A stretch of 64,000 nucleotides of DNA, from the NCBI GenBank assembly GCA_964016885.1, contig OZ024743.1, forward strand, positions 261,144,001-261,208,000. The letters run 5' to 3'. This DNA comes from Eledone cirrhosa (Eukaryota). The notes beneath the pieces were generated by a model. The model searched no databases. It saw only the letters and a list, made by a program, of their open reading frames with translations, and was not told the origin of the DNA. Made by a program: the position numbers and the translations under genes. Below are positions 1 to 15,900 of this stretch, piece by piece (the first letter of the stretch is position 1; every line of letters starts with the position of its first letter).

Positions 1-396
1 TATTTACTGATTGCAGTAAACTAGTATATATTTAGTAGGTCTGTGCCCTAGGCAACTATCAGTTAGCCTAATGTTAGTGTTGGCCTTGTATAAAACTGTG
101 ATCCTTTAAAGTTCAGTAATTTGCCTCTCTGAGGCCTGCACTTTAGGCAGCTGCCTCGTTGGCCTTAATCATAACACCATTCCCGACTGTAATACTTGCA
201 GAACTTCACAGAAGTTTGATAGTTAGCTTGAACTTCTGTTATCTAGGGGTTGATGCACTGATAAGGAAGGACTGGAGGAAGATTTTGTATTTCAAGGTTT
301 GGTTGATAAAACACATCAGGTAAGATGAAGACTATAAGTAAGTGAATTGGATATGTTTGTCTGCAATGGTTTACAGTTTGCCTTGTATGAATGTGC

Positions 397-570
397 ATGG
401 GATAGTGGTTAGGATGTTCGGCTAACAATCATAAGGATGGGAGTTTAATTCCTGACGGTGCATTGTGTCTTTGAGCAAGACACTTTATTTCATATTACTC
501 CAGTTCACTTAGAAAATATAAGTTGTACCTGTAATTAAAAGGGCAACTTTGTCACAGTGAATCTCCTTGA
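397..570 (+). mobile_element. Decayed tRNA-derived SINE (Meta-SINE-like core)
   Basis: A-box-like TAGTGGTTAG, B-box-like GAGTTTAATTCC, then TTGTGTCTTTGAGCAAGACACTTTATTTCA, shared with copies at 36714 and 40275. Confidence 0.6.
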
Positions 571-932
571 GAATTTTATTATGGGTTCATATATTTGTTG
601 AATGTTCATCCCCCAACCCTCCACCTGCACATTAATTTCCTGAGTAGGCTGTTCCTTTGTTTGAACAACTAGAACATTCATCATCAGAATCGATGGGGGT
701 CCAACACATATTTTGATGGGTAGCAACAGTTGAACAGACAAAAATAAGGCAGAGTATGGGGGTGGGGGATAATATTCATAGTGTGTGGCTGAGTAAAGAG
801 TGTGGTCTAGAATGAGGGTGAGTGTAGCATCTGCATTATCCCAAATATATGAACAGTACTTGCTCTTTTTAACCTACCCGGGAATAATTAATCTTTTGGC
901 TTTAAACAAGAGACATTGAATGCAAGGTTTTT

Positions 933-3900
933 TATGTTACAGGTATATAAGGCAGGTCAGGGTGGTATGTTATAGTAATATAAGGCAGGCCAGATGGTAT
1001 GTTGTAGGTATTTAAGACAGGCCAGGTTGGTATGTTATAGGTATAAAAGATGAGAACAGGGTGGTATGTTATAGGTATATAAGGCAGGCCAGGTTGGTAT
1101 GTTATAGGTATAAAAGGCAGGCCAGATGGTATGTTACAGGTATATAAGGCAGGTCAGGGTGGTATGTTATAGGTATATAAGGGAGGCCAGGTTGGTATGT
1201 TACAGGTATATAAGGCAGGCCAGATGGTATGTTACAGGTATATAAGGCAGGCCAGATGGTATGTTACAGGTATATAAGGCAGGTCAGGGTGGTATGTTAT
1301 AGGTATTTAAGGCAAGCCAGGTTGGTATGTTATAGGTATATAAGGCAGGCCAGAGTGGTATGTTACAGATATATAAGAGAGGCCAGATGGTATGTTATAG
1401 GTATATAAGGTTAGAACAGGGTGGTATATTATAGGTATATAAGGCAGGCCAGGGTGGTATGTTATAGGTATATAAGGCAGGCCAGGGTGGTATGTTATAG
1501 GTATATAAGGCAGGCCAGGGTCGTATGTTATAGGTATATAAGGCAGTCCAGGGTCGTATGTTATAGGTATATAAGGCAGGCCAGAGTGGTATGTTACAGG
1601 TATATAAGGCAGGCCAGGGTGGTATGTTATAGGTATATAAGGCAGGCCAGATGGTATGTTACAGGTATATAAGGCAGGCCAGGGTGGTATGTTACAGGTA
1701 TATAAGACAGGCCAGATGGTATATTACAGGTATATAAGGCAGGCCAGGGTTGTATGTTATAGGTTTATAACGCAGGCCTGGGTGGTATTGTACAGGTATA
1801 TAAGGCAGGCCAGGGTTGTATGTTACAGGTATATAAGGCAGGCCAGGGTGGTATGTTATAGGTATATAAGGCAGGCCTGGGTGGTATTGTACAGGTATAT
1901 AAGGCAGGCCATGGTTGTATGTTACAGGTATATAAGGCAGGCCAGGGTGGTATGTTACAGGTATATAAGGCAGGCCAGGGTGGTATGTTATAGGTATATA
2001 AGGCAGGCCAGAGTGGTATGTTATAGGTATATAAGGCAGGCCAGGGTGGTATGTTATAGGTATATAAGGGGAGGTGAGGGTGGTATGTTACAGGTATATA
2101 ATCCGACCAGGGTGGTATGTTACAGGTATATAAGGAAGGCCAGGGTGGTATGTTATATGTATATAAGGCAGGCCAGGGTGGTATGTTACAGGTATATAAG
2201 GCAGGCCAGGGTGGTATGTTATAGGTATATAAGGCAGGCCAGGGTGGTATTGTACAGGTATATAAGCCAGGCCAGGGTGGTATGTTATAGGTATATAGGG
2301 CAGACCGGAGTGGTATATTACAGGTATATAAGGCAGGCCATGGTGGTATGTTATAGGTATATAAGGCAGGCCAGGGTGGTAAGTTATAGGTATATAAGGC
2401 TGGCCCGGGTGGTATGTTACAGGTATATAAGGCAGGCCAGGGTGGTATGTTATAGGTATATAAGGGGAGGTCAGGGTGGTATGTTACAGGTATATAATGA
2501 GACGAGGGTGGTATGTTACAGGTATATAAGGCAGGCCAGATGTTATGTTATAGGTGTTAAGGCATGCCAGGGTGGTATGTTACAGGTATATAAGGCAGGC
2601 CAGGGTGGTATGTTATAGGTATATAAGGCAGGTCAGGGTGGTATGTTATAGGTATATAAGGCAGGCCAGGGTTGTATGTTATAGGTATATAAGGCAGGCC
2701 AGGGTGGTATGTTATAGGTATATAAGGCAGGCCAGGGTGGTATGTTACAGGTATATAAGGCAGGCCAGGGTGGTATGTTATAGGTATATAAGGGGAGGTC
2801 AGGGTGGTATGTTACAGGTATATAATGAGACGAGGGTGGTATGTTACAGGTATATAAGGCAGGCCAGATGTTATGTTATAGGTGTTAAGGCATGCCAGGG
2901 TGGTATGTTACAGGTATATAAGGCAGGCCAGGGTGGTATGTTATAGGTATATAAGGCAGGCCAGGGTGGTATTTTACAGGTATATAAGGCAGATCGGGGT
3001 GGTATGTTACAGATATATAAGGTAGGCCAGAGTGGTATATTACAGGTATATCAGGGAGGCCAGAGTGGTATGTTACAGGTATATAAGGGGAGGTCAGGAT
3101 GGTATGTTATAGGTATATGAGGCTGGCCAGATGGTATGTTATAGATAATAAAGGCAGACCAGGGTGGTATGTTATAGGTATATAAGGCAGGCCAGAGTGG
3201 TATATTACAGGTATATCAGGGAGGCCAGAGTGGTATGTTACAGGTATATAAGGGGAGGTCAGGATGGTATGTTATAGGTATATGAGGCTGGCCAGATGGT
3301 ATGTTATAGATAATAAAGGCAGACCAGGGTGGTATGTTACAGGTATATAAGGGGAGGTCAGGTTGGTATGTTACAGGTATATAAGGCAGGCCAGAGTGGT
3401 ATATTACAGGTATATCAGGGAGGCCAGAGTGGTATGTTACAGGTATATAAGGGGAGGTCAGGATGGTATGTTATAGGTATATGAGGCTGGCCAGATGGTA
3501 TGTTATAGATAATAAAGGCAGACCAGGGTGGTATGTTACAGGTATATAAGGGGAGGTCAGGTTGGTATGTTATAGGTATATAAGGCAGACCAGATGATAT
3601 GTTATAAGTATATAAGGCAGGCCAGATGGTATGTTATAGGTATATAAGGCCTGCCAGATGGTATGTTATAGGTATATAAGGCAGACCAGATAGTATGTTA
3701 TAAGTATATAAGGCAGGCCAGATGGTATGTTATAGGTATATAAGGCAGGCCAGGGTGGTATGTTACAGGTATATAAGGCAGGCCAGGGTGGTATGTTACA
3801 GATATATAAGGCAGGTCAGTGTGGTATGTTACAGGTATATAAGGCAGGCCAAGGTGGTATGTTACAGGTATATAAGGCAGGTCAGTGTGGTATGTTACAG

Positions 3901-6900
3901 GTATAATAGGCATGCCAGGGTGGTATGTTATAAATATATAAGGCAGGCCAGGATGGTATGTTATAAATATATAAGGCAGGCCAGATGGTATGTTACAGGT
4001 ATATAAGGCAGGCCAGATGGTATGTTATAGGTATATATGAGGAGGTCAGGGTGGTATGTTATAGGTATATTAAGGCAGGCCAAGGTGGTATGTTATAGGT
4101 ATATAAGGCAGCCCAGGTTGGTATGTTATAGATATATAAGGCAGGCCGGGGTGGTATGTTATAGGTATATAAAGCAGGCCAGGAAGGTATGTTACAGGTA
4201 TATAAGGCAGGCCAGATGGTATGTTACAGGTACATAAGGTAGGCCATGGTGGTATGTTCTAGGTATATAAGGCAGGCCAGGGTTGTATGTTACAGGTATA
4301 TAAGGCAGGCCAGTGTGGTATGTTAAAGGTATATAAGGCAGGCGAGATGGTATGTTACAGGTATATAAGGCAGGCCAGGGTGGTATGTTATAGTTATATA
4401 AGGCAGGCCAGATGGTATCTTACAGGCATATAGGGCCGGCCAGGGTCATATGTTATAGGTATATAAGGCAGGCCAGGATGGTATGTTACAGGTATATAAG
4501 GCAGTCCAGATGGTATGTTACAGGTATATAAGGCAGGCCAGGGTGGTATGTTATAGGTATATAAGGCAGCCAGGGTGGTATTTTACAGGTATATAAGGCA
4601 GGCCAGATGTTATGTTATAGGTATATAAGGCAGCCAGATTGTATGTTACAGGTATATAAGGTAGGCCAGGGTGGTATGTTATAGGTATATAAGGCAGCCA
4701 GGGTGGTATTTTACAGGTATATAAGTTAGGCCAAGGTGGTATGTTATAGGTATATAAGACAGGCCAGGGTGGTATTTTATAGGTATATAAGGCAGGCCAG
4801 AGTGGTATGTTACAAGTATATAAGGCAGGCCAGATAGTATGTTACAGGTATATAAGGCAGGCCAGATGGTATGTTATAGGTATATAGGGCAGGCCGGATT
4901 GGTATATTACAGGTATATAAGGCAGGCCAGGGTGGTATGCTATAGGTATATAAGGCCGGCCAGGGTGGTATTGTAGAGGTTTATACGGCATGCCAGGGTG
5001 GTATGTTATAGGTATATAAGGCAGGCCAGAGTGGTATTGTACAGATATATAAGGCAGGTCAGGGTGGTATGTTATAGGTATATAAGGCAGGCCAAGGTGG
5101 TATGTTATAGGTATATAAGGCAGGCCAGGGTGGTATGTTATAGGAATATAAGGCAGGCCAGGGTGGTATGTTACAGGTATATAAGGCAGGCCAGGGTGGT
5201 ATGTTATAGGTATATAAGGCAGGCCAGGGTGGTATGTTATAGGTATATAAGGGGAGGTCAGGTTGGTATGTTACAGGTATATAATCCGACCAGGCTGGTA
5301 TGTTACAGGTATATAAGGCAGGCCAGATGTTATGTTATAGGTATTAAGGCAAGCCAGATGGTATGTTATATGTATATAAGGCAAGCCTGATGATATGTTA
5401 CAGGTATATAAGGCAGGCCTGATGGTATGTTATAGGTATATAAGTTGAAGTCAGTGTTGTATGTTATAGGTATATAAGGCAGGCCAGATGTTATGTTATA
5501 GGTATTAACACAGACCAGATGGTATGTTATATGTATATAAGGCAGGCCTGATGTTATGTTACAGGTATATAAGGCAGGCCTGATGGTATGTTACTGGTAT
5601 ATAAGGCAGGCCAGAGTGGTATGTTACAGGTATATAAGGCAGGTCAGTCTGGTATGTTACAGGTATATAAGGCAGGTCAGGGTGTTATTTTACAGGTATA
5701 TAAGGCAGGTCAGGGTGTTATTTTACAGGTATATAAGGCAGGTCAGGGTGGTATGTTACAGGTATATAAGGCGGGCCAGTGTGGTATGTTATATGTATAT
5801 AACGCACGCCAGATGGTATGTTATAAGTATATAAGGCAGGCCAGATGGTATGTTATAGGTATATAAGGCAGGCCAGATGGTATGTTATAGGTATATAAGG
5901 CAGGCCAGATGGTATGTTATAGGTATATAAGGCAGACCAGATGGTATGTTATAAGTATATAAGGCAGGCCAGATGGTATGTTATAGGTATATAAGGCAGA
6001 CCAGATGGTATGTTATAGGTATATAAGGCAGGTCAGATTGTATGTTACAGGTATATAAGGCAGGCCAGATGGTATGTTACAGGTATATAAGGCAGGTCAG
6101 GGTGGTATGTTATAGGTATATAAGGCAGGTCAGATGGTATGTTACAGGTATATAAGGCAGGTCAGGTTGGTATGTTATAGGTATATAAGGCAGGTCAATG
6201 GTATGTTACAGGTATATAAGGCAGCTCAGGTTGGTATGTTATAGGTATATAAGGCAGGTCACATGGTATGTTACAGGTATATAAGGCAGGCCAGATGGTA
6301 TGTTACAGGTATATAAGGCAGGTCAGGTTGGTATGTTATAGGTATATAAGGCAGGTCAGATGGTATATTACAGGTATATAAGGCAGGCCAGATGGTATGT
6401 TACAGGTATATAAGGCAGGTCAGGTTGGTATGTTATAGGTATATAAGGCAGGTCAGATGGTATGTTACAGGTATATAAGGCAGGCCAGATGGTATGTTAC
6501 AGGTATATAAGGCAGGCCAGATGGTATGTTACAGGTATATAAGGCAGGTCAGGGTGGTATGTTATAGGTATATAAGGCGGGCCTGGGTGGTATGTTATAG
6601 GTATATAAGGCAGGCCAGGGTGGTATGTTATAAGTATATAAGGCAGCCCTGATGTTATGTTACAGGTATATAAGGCAGGCCTGATGGTATGTTACTGGTA
6701 TATAAGGCAGGCCAGGGTGGTATGTTATAGGTATATAAGGCAGGTCAGATGGTATGTTACAGGTATATAAGGCAGGCCTGATGGTATGTTACAGGTATAT
6801 AAGGCAGGTCAGTGTGGTATGTTATAGGTATATAAGGCAGGCCAGATGGTATGTTATAGGTATATAAGGCTAGGCCAGGATGGTAAGTTATAGGTATATA

Positions 6901-9900
6901 AGGGGAGTCAGGGTGGTATGTTACAGATATAGAAGGCAGGCCAGGGTGGTATGTTACAGGTATAGAAGGCAGGCCAGATGGTATGTTATAGGTATATAAG
7001 GCAGGTCAAGGTGTTGTGTTATAGGTATTTAAGACAGGCTAGGTTGGTATATTATAGGTATATAAGGCAGGCCAGATATGTATGTTACAGGTATATAAGG
7101 CAGCCAGATGGTATGTTATAGGTATATAAGGCAGGCCAGATGGTATGTTACAGGTATATAAGGCAGGCCAGATGGTATGTTACAGGTATATAAGGCAGGT
7201 CAGGGTGGTATGTTATAGGTATATAAGGCGGGCCTGGGTGGTATGTTATAGGTATATAAGGGGAGTCAGGGTGGTATGTTACAGGTATATAGGCAGGCCA
7301 GTGTGGTATGTTACAGGTATAGAAGGCAGGTCAGGGTGGTATGTTATAGGTATAGACGGCAGGCCAGATGCTATGTTATAGGTATATAAGGCAGGTCAGG
7401 TTGGTATGTTATAAGTATATAAGGCAGCCCTGATGTTATGTTACAGGTATATAAGGCAGGCCTGATGGTATGTTACTGGTATATAAGGCAGGCCAGGGTG
7501 GTATGTTATAGGTATATAAGGCAGGTCAGATGGTATGTTACAGGTATATAAGGCAGGCCTGATGGTATGTTACAGGTATATAAGGCAGGTCAGTGTGGTA
7601 TGTTATAGGTATATAAGGCAGGCCAGATGGTATGTTATAGGTATATAAGGCAGGCCAGATGGTATGTTATAGGTATATAAGGCAGGCCAGATGTTATGTT
7701 ACAGGTATATAGGTCAGGCCGGAGTGGTATATTACAAGTATATAAGGCAGGACAGCGTATTATGCTATAGGTATATAAGGCAGGCCTGGGTGGTATATTA
7801 CAGGTATATAAGGCAGGCCAGGGTTGTATGTTATAGGTTTATAACGCAGGCCTGGGTGGTATTGTACAGGTATATAAGGCAGGCCAGGGTTGTATGTTAC
7901 AGGTATATAAGGCAGGCCAGGGTGGTATGTTATAGGTATATAAGGCAGGCCTGGGTGGTATTGTACAGGTATATAAGGCAGGCCATGGTTGTATGTTACA
8001 GGTATATAAGGCAGGCCAGGGTGGTATGTTACAGGTATATAAGGCAGGCCAGGGTGGTATGTTATAGGTATATAAGGCAGGCCAGAGTGGTATGTTATAG
8101 GTATATAAGGCAGGCCAGGGTGGTATGTTATAGGTATATAAGGGGAGGTGAGGGTGGTATGTTACAGGTATATAATCCGACCAGGGTGGTATGTTACAGG
8201 TATATAAGGAAGGCCAGGGTGGTATGTTATATGTATATAAGGCAGGCCAGGGTGGTATGTTACAGGTATATAAGGCAGGCCAGGGTGGTATGTTATAGGT
8301 ATATAAGGCAGGCCAGGGTGGTATTGTACAGGTATATAAGCCAGGCCAGGGTGGTATGTTATAGGTATATAGGGCAGACCGGAGTGGTATATTACAGGTA
8401 TATAAGGCAGGCCATGGTGGTATGTTATAGGTATATAAGGCAGGCCAGGGTGGTAAGTTATAGGTATATAAGGCTGGCCCGGGTGGTATTGTACAGGTAT
8501 ATAAGGCAGGCCAGGGTTGTATGTTATAGGTATATAAGGCAGGCCAGGGTGGTATGTTATAGGTATATAAGGCAGGCCAGGGTGGTATGTTACAGGTATA
8601 TAAGGCAGGCCAGGGTGGTATGTTATAGGTATATAAGGGGAGGTCAGGGTGGTATGTTACAGGTATATAATGAGACGAGGGTGGTATGTTACAGGTATAT
8701 AAGGCAGGCCAGATGTTATGTTATAGGTGTTAAGGCATGCCAGGGTGGTATGTTACAGGTATATAAGGCAGGCCAGGGTGGTATGTTATAGGTATATAAG
8801 GCAGGCCAGGGTGGTATTTTACAGGTATATAAGGCAGATCGGGGTGGTATGTTACAGATATATAAGGTAGGCCAGAGTGGTATATTACAGGTATATCAGG
8901 GAGGCCAGAGTGGTATGTTACAGGTATATAAGGGGAGGTCAGGATGGTATGTTATAGGTATATGAGGCTGGCCAGATGGTATGTTATAGATAATAAAGGC
9001 AGACCAGGGTGGTATGTTATAGGTATATAAGGCAGGCCAGAGTGGTATATTACAGGTATATCAGGGAGGCCAGAGTGGTATGTTACAGGTATATAAGGGG
9101 AGGTCAGGATGGTATGTTATAGGTATATGAGGCTGGCCAGATGGTATGTTATAGATAATAAAGGCAGACCAGGGTGGTATGTTACAGGTATATAAGGGGA
9201 GGTCAGGTTGGTATGTTACAGGTATATAAGGCAGGCCAGAGTGGTATATTACAGGTATATAAGGCAGGCCAGGGTGGTATGTTATAGGTATATAAGGGGA
9301 GGTCAGGTTGGTATGTTACAGGTATATAAGGCAGGCCAGATGGTATTTTACAGGTATATAAGGCCGGCCAGGGTGGTATTCTAGAGGTTTATACGGCAGG
9401 CCAGGGTGGTATGTTATAGGTATATAAGGCAAGCCAGGGTGGTATTATACAGGTATATAAGGCAGGCCAGGGTAGTATGTTATAGGTATATAAGGCAGGC
9501 CAGGGTGGTATGTTATAGGTACATAAGGCAGGCCAGGGTGGTATGTTGTATGTATATAAGGCAGGCCAGGGTGGTATGTTATAGGTATATAAGGCAGGCC
9601 AGGGTGGTATGTTATAGGTATATAAGGGGAGGTCAGGTTGGTATGTTACAGGTATATAAGGCAGGCCAAATGTTATGTTATAGGTATTAAGGCAGGCCAG
9701 ATGGTATGTTATATGTATATAAGGCAAGCCTGATGGTATGTTACAGGTATATAAGGCAGGCCGGGGTGGTATGTTATAGGTATATAAGCGGAGTCAGGGT
9801 GGTATATTACAGGTATAGAAGGCAGGCCAGATGCTATGTTATAGGTATATAAGGCAGGTCAGATGGTATGTTACAGGTATATAAGGCAGGTCAGATGGTA

Positions 9901-12900
9901 TGTTACAGGTATATAAGCCAGGTCAGGATGGTAAGTTATAGGTATATAAGGGGAGTCATGGTGGTATGTTACAGATATAGAAGGCATGTCAGGGTGGTAT
10001 GTTACAGGTATAGAAGGTAGGCCAGATGGTATGTTATAGGTATATAAGGCAGGTCAGGGTGGTATGTTATAGGTATATAAGGCAGGCCAGATGTTATGTT
10101 ACAGGTATATAAGGCAGGCCAGATGTTATGTTACAGGTATATAAGGCAGGCCAGATGGTATGTTACAGGTATATCAGGCAGGTCAGGTTGGTATGTTACA
10201 GGTATATAAGGCAGGCCAGATGTTATGTTACAGGTATATAAGGCAGGCCAGATGTTATGTTACAGGTATATAAGGCAGGCCAGATGGTATGTTACAGGTA
10301 TATAGGGCAGGCCGGAGTGGTATATTACAGGTATATAAGGCAGGCCAGGGTGTTATGCTATAGATATATAAGGCAGGCCAGGGTGGTATCGTACAGGTAT
10401 ATAAGGCAGGCCAGGGTGGTATGTTATAGGTATATAGGGCAGACCGGAGTGGTATGTTATAGGTATATAGGGCAGACCGGAGTGGTATATAAGGCAGGCC
10501 AGGGTGGTATCGTACAGGTATATAAGGCAGGCCAGGGTGGTATGTTACAGGTATATAAGGCAGGCCAGGGTGGTATGTTACAGGTATATAAGGCAGGCCA
10601 GGGTGGTATGTTATAGGTATATAAGGCAGGCCAGGGTGGTATGTTATAGGTATATAAGGGGAGGTCAGGGTGGTATGTTACAGGTATATAATCCGACCAG
10701 GGTGGTATGTTACAGGTATATAAGACAGGCCAAATGTTATGTTACAGGTATATAAGGCAAGCCTGATGGTATGTTACAGGTATATAAGCCTGGCCTGATG
10801 GTATGTTACAGGTATATAAGGCAGGCCAGGGTCGTATGTTACAGTTATATAAGGCAGGCGAGGGTGGTATTGTACAGGTATATAAGGCAGGCCAGCCTGG
10901 TATGTTACAGGTATATAAGGCAGGCCAGGGTGGTATGTTATAGGTATATAAGACAGGCCAGGTTGGTATTTTACAGGTATATAAGGCAGGCCAGGGTGGT
11001 ATGTTATAGGTATATAAGGCAGGCCAGGGTGGTATGTTACAGATATATAAGGTAGGCCAGGGTGGTATGTTATAGGTATATAAGGCAGGCCAGAGAGGTA
11101 TGTTATAAGTATATAAGTCAGGCCAGGGTAGTATATTACAGGTATATCAGGGAGGCCAGAGTGGTATGTTACAGGTATATAAGGGGAGGTTAGGATGGTA
11201 TGTTATAGGTATATGAGGCTGCTAGATGGTATGTTATAGGTAATTAAGCAGGCCAGGGTGGTATGTTACAGGTATATAAGTCAGGACAGATGTTATGTTA
11301 TAGGTATTAAAGCAGGCCAGATGGTATTTTATATGTATATAAGGCAGGCCTGATGGTATGTTACAGGTATATAAGGCAGGCCAGGGTGGCGCGTTACAGG
11401 TATGTAGAGCAGGACAGGGTGGTATGTTACAGGTATATAAGGCTGGCAACGTGATATGTTATAGGTATATAAGGCAGGCCATGGTGGTATGCTATAGATA
11501 TATAAGGCAGGCCTGGGTGGTATGTAACAGGTATATAAGGCAGGCCGGGGTGGTATTTAAAAGGTATATAAGACAGGCCAGGGTCGTATGTTACAGGTAT
11601 AAAGGGCAGGCCAGATGGTATGTTACAGGTATATAAGGCAGGCCAGATGGTATGTTATATGTATATAAGGCAAGCCTGATGGTATGTTACAGGTATATAA
11701 GGCAGGCCTGATGGTATGTTACTGGTATATAAGGCAGGCCAGGGTGGTATGTTATATGTATATGAGAGGAGGTCAGGGTGGTATGTTACAGGTATATAAT
11801 CCGACCAGGGTGGTATGTTACAGGTATACAAGGCAGTCCAGATGTTATGTTATATGTATATAAGGCAGGCCTGATTTTATGTTACAGGTATATAAGGCAG
11901 GCCAGGCTGGTATGTTACAGTTATATAAGGCAGGCCAGAGTCGTATGTTATAGGTATATAAGGCAGGCCAGGGTGGTATTTTACAGGTATATAAGGCCGG
12001 CCAGGGTGGTATTGTAGAGGTTTATACGGCAGGCCAGGGTGGTATGTTATAGGTATATAAGGCAGGCCAGGGTGGTATGTTATAGGTATGTAAGGCAGGC
12101 CAGGATGGTATGTTAGAGGTATATAAGGCAGGTCAGGGTGGTATGTTATATGTATATAAGGCAGGCCAGGGTGGTATGTTATAGGTATATAAGGGGAGGT
12201 CAGGTTGGTATGTTACAGGTATATAATCCGACCAGGCTGGTATGTTACAGGTATATAAGGCAGGCCAGATGTTATGTTATAGTTATTAAGGCAGGCCAGA
12301 TGGTATGTTATATGTATATAAGGCAGGCCTGATGTTATGTTACAGGTATATAAGGCAGGCCTGATGGTATGTTACTGGTATATAAGGCATGCCAGGGTGG
12401 TATGTTACAAGTATATAAGGCAGGCCAGGCTGGTATGTTAGTTATATAAGGCAGGCCAGGGTCGTATGTTATAGGTATATAAGGCAGGCCAGGGTGGTAT
12501 GTTATAGGTATATAAGGCAGGCCAGGGTGGTATGTTACAGGTATATAACGCAGGCCAGGGTGGTATTGTACAGGTATATAAGGCAGGCCAGGGTGGCATT
12601 GTACAGGTATATAAGGTAGGCCAGGGTGGTATGTTATAGGTATATAAGGCAGGCCAGGGTGGTATGTTATAGGTATATAAGGGGAGGTCAGGGTGGTATG
12701 TTACAGGTATATAAGCCGACCAGGGTGGTATGTTACAGGTATATAAGACAGGCCAAATGTTATGTTATAGGTGTTAAGGCAGGCCAGATGGTATGTTATA
12801 TATATATAAGGCAAGCCTGATGGTATGTTACAGGTATATAAGGCAGGCCTGATGGTATGTTACAGGTATATAAGGCAGGCCAGGGTGGTGTGTTACAGGT

Positions 12901-15900
12901 ATATAAGGCAGGCCAGGTTCGTATGTTACAGTTATATAAGGCAGGCGAGGGTGGTATGTTATAGGTATATAAGGCAGGCCAGGGTGGTATGTTATATGTA
13001 TATAAGGCAGGCCAGGCTGGTATGTTACAGGTATATAAGGCAGGCCTGATGGTATGTTACAGGTATATAAGGCAGGCCAGGGTGGTATGTTATATGTATA
13101 TAAGGCAGGCCAGGCTGGTATGTTACAGGTATATAAGGCAGGCCTGATGGTATGTTACAGGTATATAAGGCAGGTCAGGGTGGTATGTTATAGGTATATA
13201 AGACAGGCCATGTTGGTATTTTACAGGTATATAAGGCAGGCCAGGGTGGTATGTTATAGGTATATAAGGCAGGCCAGGGTGGTATGTTACAGGTATATAA
13301 GGCAGGCCAGGGTGGTATGTTATAGGTATATAAGGAAGTCCAGGGTGGTATTTTACAGCTATATAAGGCAGATCAGGGTGGTATGTTACAGATATATAAG
13401 GTAGGCCAGGGTGGTATGTTATAGGTATATAAGGCAGGCCAGAGTGGTATGTTATAAGTATATAAGGCAGGCCAGGGTAGTATATTACAGGTATATCAGG
13501 GAGGGCAGAGTGGTATGTTACAGGTATATAAGGGGAGGTCAGGATGGTATGTTATAGGTATATGAGGCTGGCCAGATGGTATGTTATAGATAATTAAGGC
13601 AGAACAGGGTGGTATGTTACAGGTATATAAGGCAGGACAGATGTTATGTTATAGGTATTAAAGCAGGCCAGATGGTATTTTATATGTATATAAGGCAGGC
13701 CTGATGGTATGTTACAGCCATATAAGGCAGGCCAGGGTGGTGCGTTACAGGTATGTAGAGCAGGACAGGGTGGTATGTTACAGGTATATAAGGCAGGCCA
13801 GGGTGGTATGTTATGGGTATATAAGGCAGGTCAGGGTGGTATGTTATAGGTATATAAGGCAGGCGAGGGTGGTATGTTATAGGTATATAAGGGGAGGTCA
13901 GGATGGTATGTTATAGGTATATAAAGCAGGCCAAGGTGGTATGTTACAGGCATATAAGTCAGGCCAGGGTGGTGCGTTACAGGTATGTAGAGCAGGACAG
14001 GGTGGTATGTTACAGGTATATAAGGCAGGCCAGGGTGGTATGTTATAGATAATTAAGGCAGGCTAGATGGTAGGTTACAGATATATAAGGTGAGGTCAGT
14101 GTTGTATGTTAGAGGTATATAAGGCAGGCCAGGGTGGTATGTTATATGTATATGAGGGGAGGTCGGGGTGGTATGTTACAGGTATATAATCCGACCAGGG
14201 TGGTATGTTACAGGTATACAAGGCAGGCCAGATGTTATGTTATAGGTATTAAGGCAGGCCAGATGGTATGTTATAGGTATATAAGGCAGGCCAGATGGTA
14301 TGTTATATGTATATAAGGCAGGCCTGATGTTATGTTACAGGTATATAAGGCAGGCCTGATGGTATGTTACAGGTATATAAGGCAGGCCAGTGTGGTATGT
14401 TACAGGTATATAAGGCAGGCCAGGCTGGTATTTTACAGGTATATAAGGCAGGCCAGGGTGGTATGTTATAGGTATATAAGGCAGGCCAGGATGGCATATT
14501 ACAGGTATATAAGGCAGGTCAGGGTGGTATTTTACAGGTATATAAGGCAGGTCAGGGTGGTATGTTATAAGTATATAAGGCAGGCCAGGGTGGTGTTTTA
14601 CTGGTAAATAAGGGGAAGTCTTGATGTTAGGTTATAGGTATATAAGGCAGACCATTGTAGTATGTTACAGGTATATAAGGCGGGCCAGTGTGGTATGTTA
14701 TAGGTATATAAGGCATTTCAGATGGTATGTTATAGGTATATAAGGCAGGCCAGGGTGGTGTTTTACTGGTAAATAAGGGGAGGTCTTGATGTTAGGTTAT
14801 AGGTATATAAGGGGAGGTGAGTGTGGTATGTTATAGGTAATTAAGGCAGGCCAGGGTGGTATGTTACAGGTATATTAATGGAGGTCAGGATGGTATGTTA
14901 TATGTATATAAGGCAGGCCAGTTGGTATGTTATAGGTATTTAAGGCAGGCTGGGGTGGTATGTTATAGGTATATAAGGGGAGTCAGGGTGGTATGTTACA
15001 GGTATATAAGGCAGGCCGGGGTGGTATGTTATAGGTATATAAGGGGAGTCAGGGTGGTCTGTTACAGGTATAGAAGGCAGGCCAGGGTGGTATGTTACAG
15101 GTATAGAAGGCAGGCCAGGGTGGTGTTACAGGTATAGAAGGCAGGCCAGATGCTATGTTATAGGTATATAAGGCAGGTCAGGTTGGTATGTTATAGGTAT
15201 ATAAGGCAGGCCAGATGGTATGTTACAGGTATATAAGGCAGGCCAGATGGTATGTTACAGGTATATAAGGCAGGCCAGATGGTATGTTACAGGTATATAA
15301 GGCAGGCCAGATGGTATGTTACAGGTATATAAGGCAGGCCAGATGGTATGTTACAGGTATAGAAGGCAGGCCAGGGTGGTATGTTACAGGTATAGAAGGT
15401 AGGCCAGATGGTATGTTAGAGGTATATAAGGCAGCCAGATGGTATGTTATAGGTATATAAGGCAGGTCAGATGGTTTCTAATAGGTATATAAGGCAGGCC
15501 AGATGGTATGTTACAGGTATATAAGGCAGGCCAGATGGTATGTTACAGGTATATAAGGCAGGCCAGGGTGGTATGTTATAGGTATATAAGGGGAGGTGAG
15601 TGTGGTATGTTATAGGTATATAAGGCAGGCCAGATGGTATGTTACAGGTATATAAATGGAGGTCAGGATGGTATGTTATATGTATATAAGGCAGGCCTGT
15701 TGGTATGTTCTCGGTAATTAAGGCAGGCCAGGGTGTTATGTTACAGGTATATAAGGGGAGGTGAGTGTGGTATGTTATAGGTATATAAGGCAGGCCAGGG
15801 TGGTATGTTACAGGTATATAAATGGAGGTCAGGATGGTATGTTATATGTATATAAGGCAGGCCTGTTGGTATGTTCTCGGTAATTAAGGCAGGCCAGGGT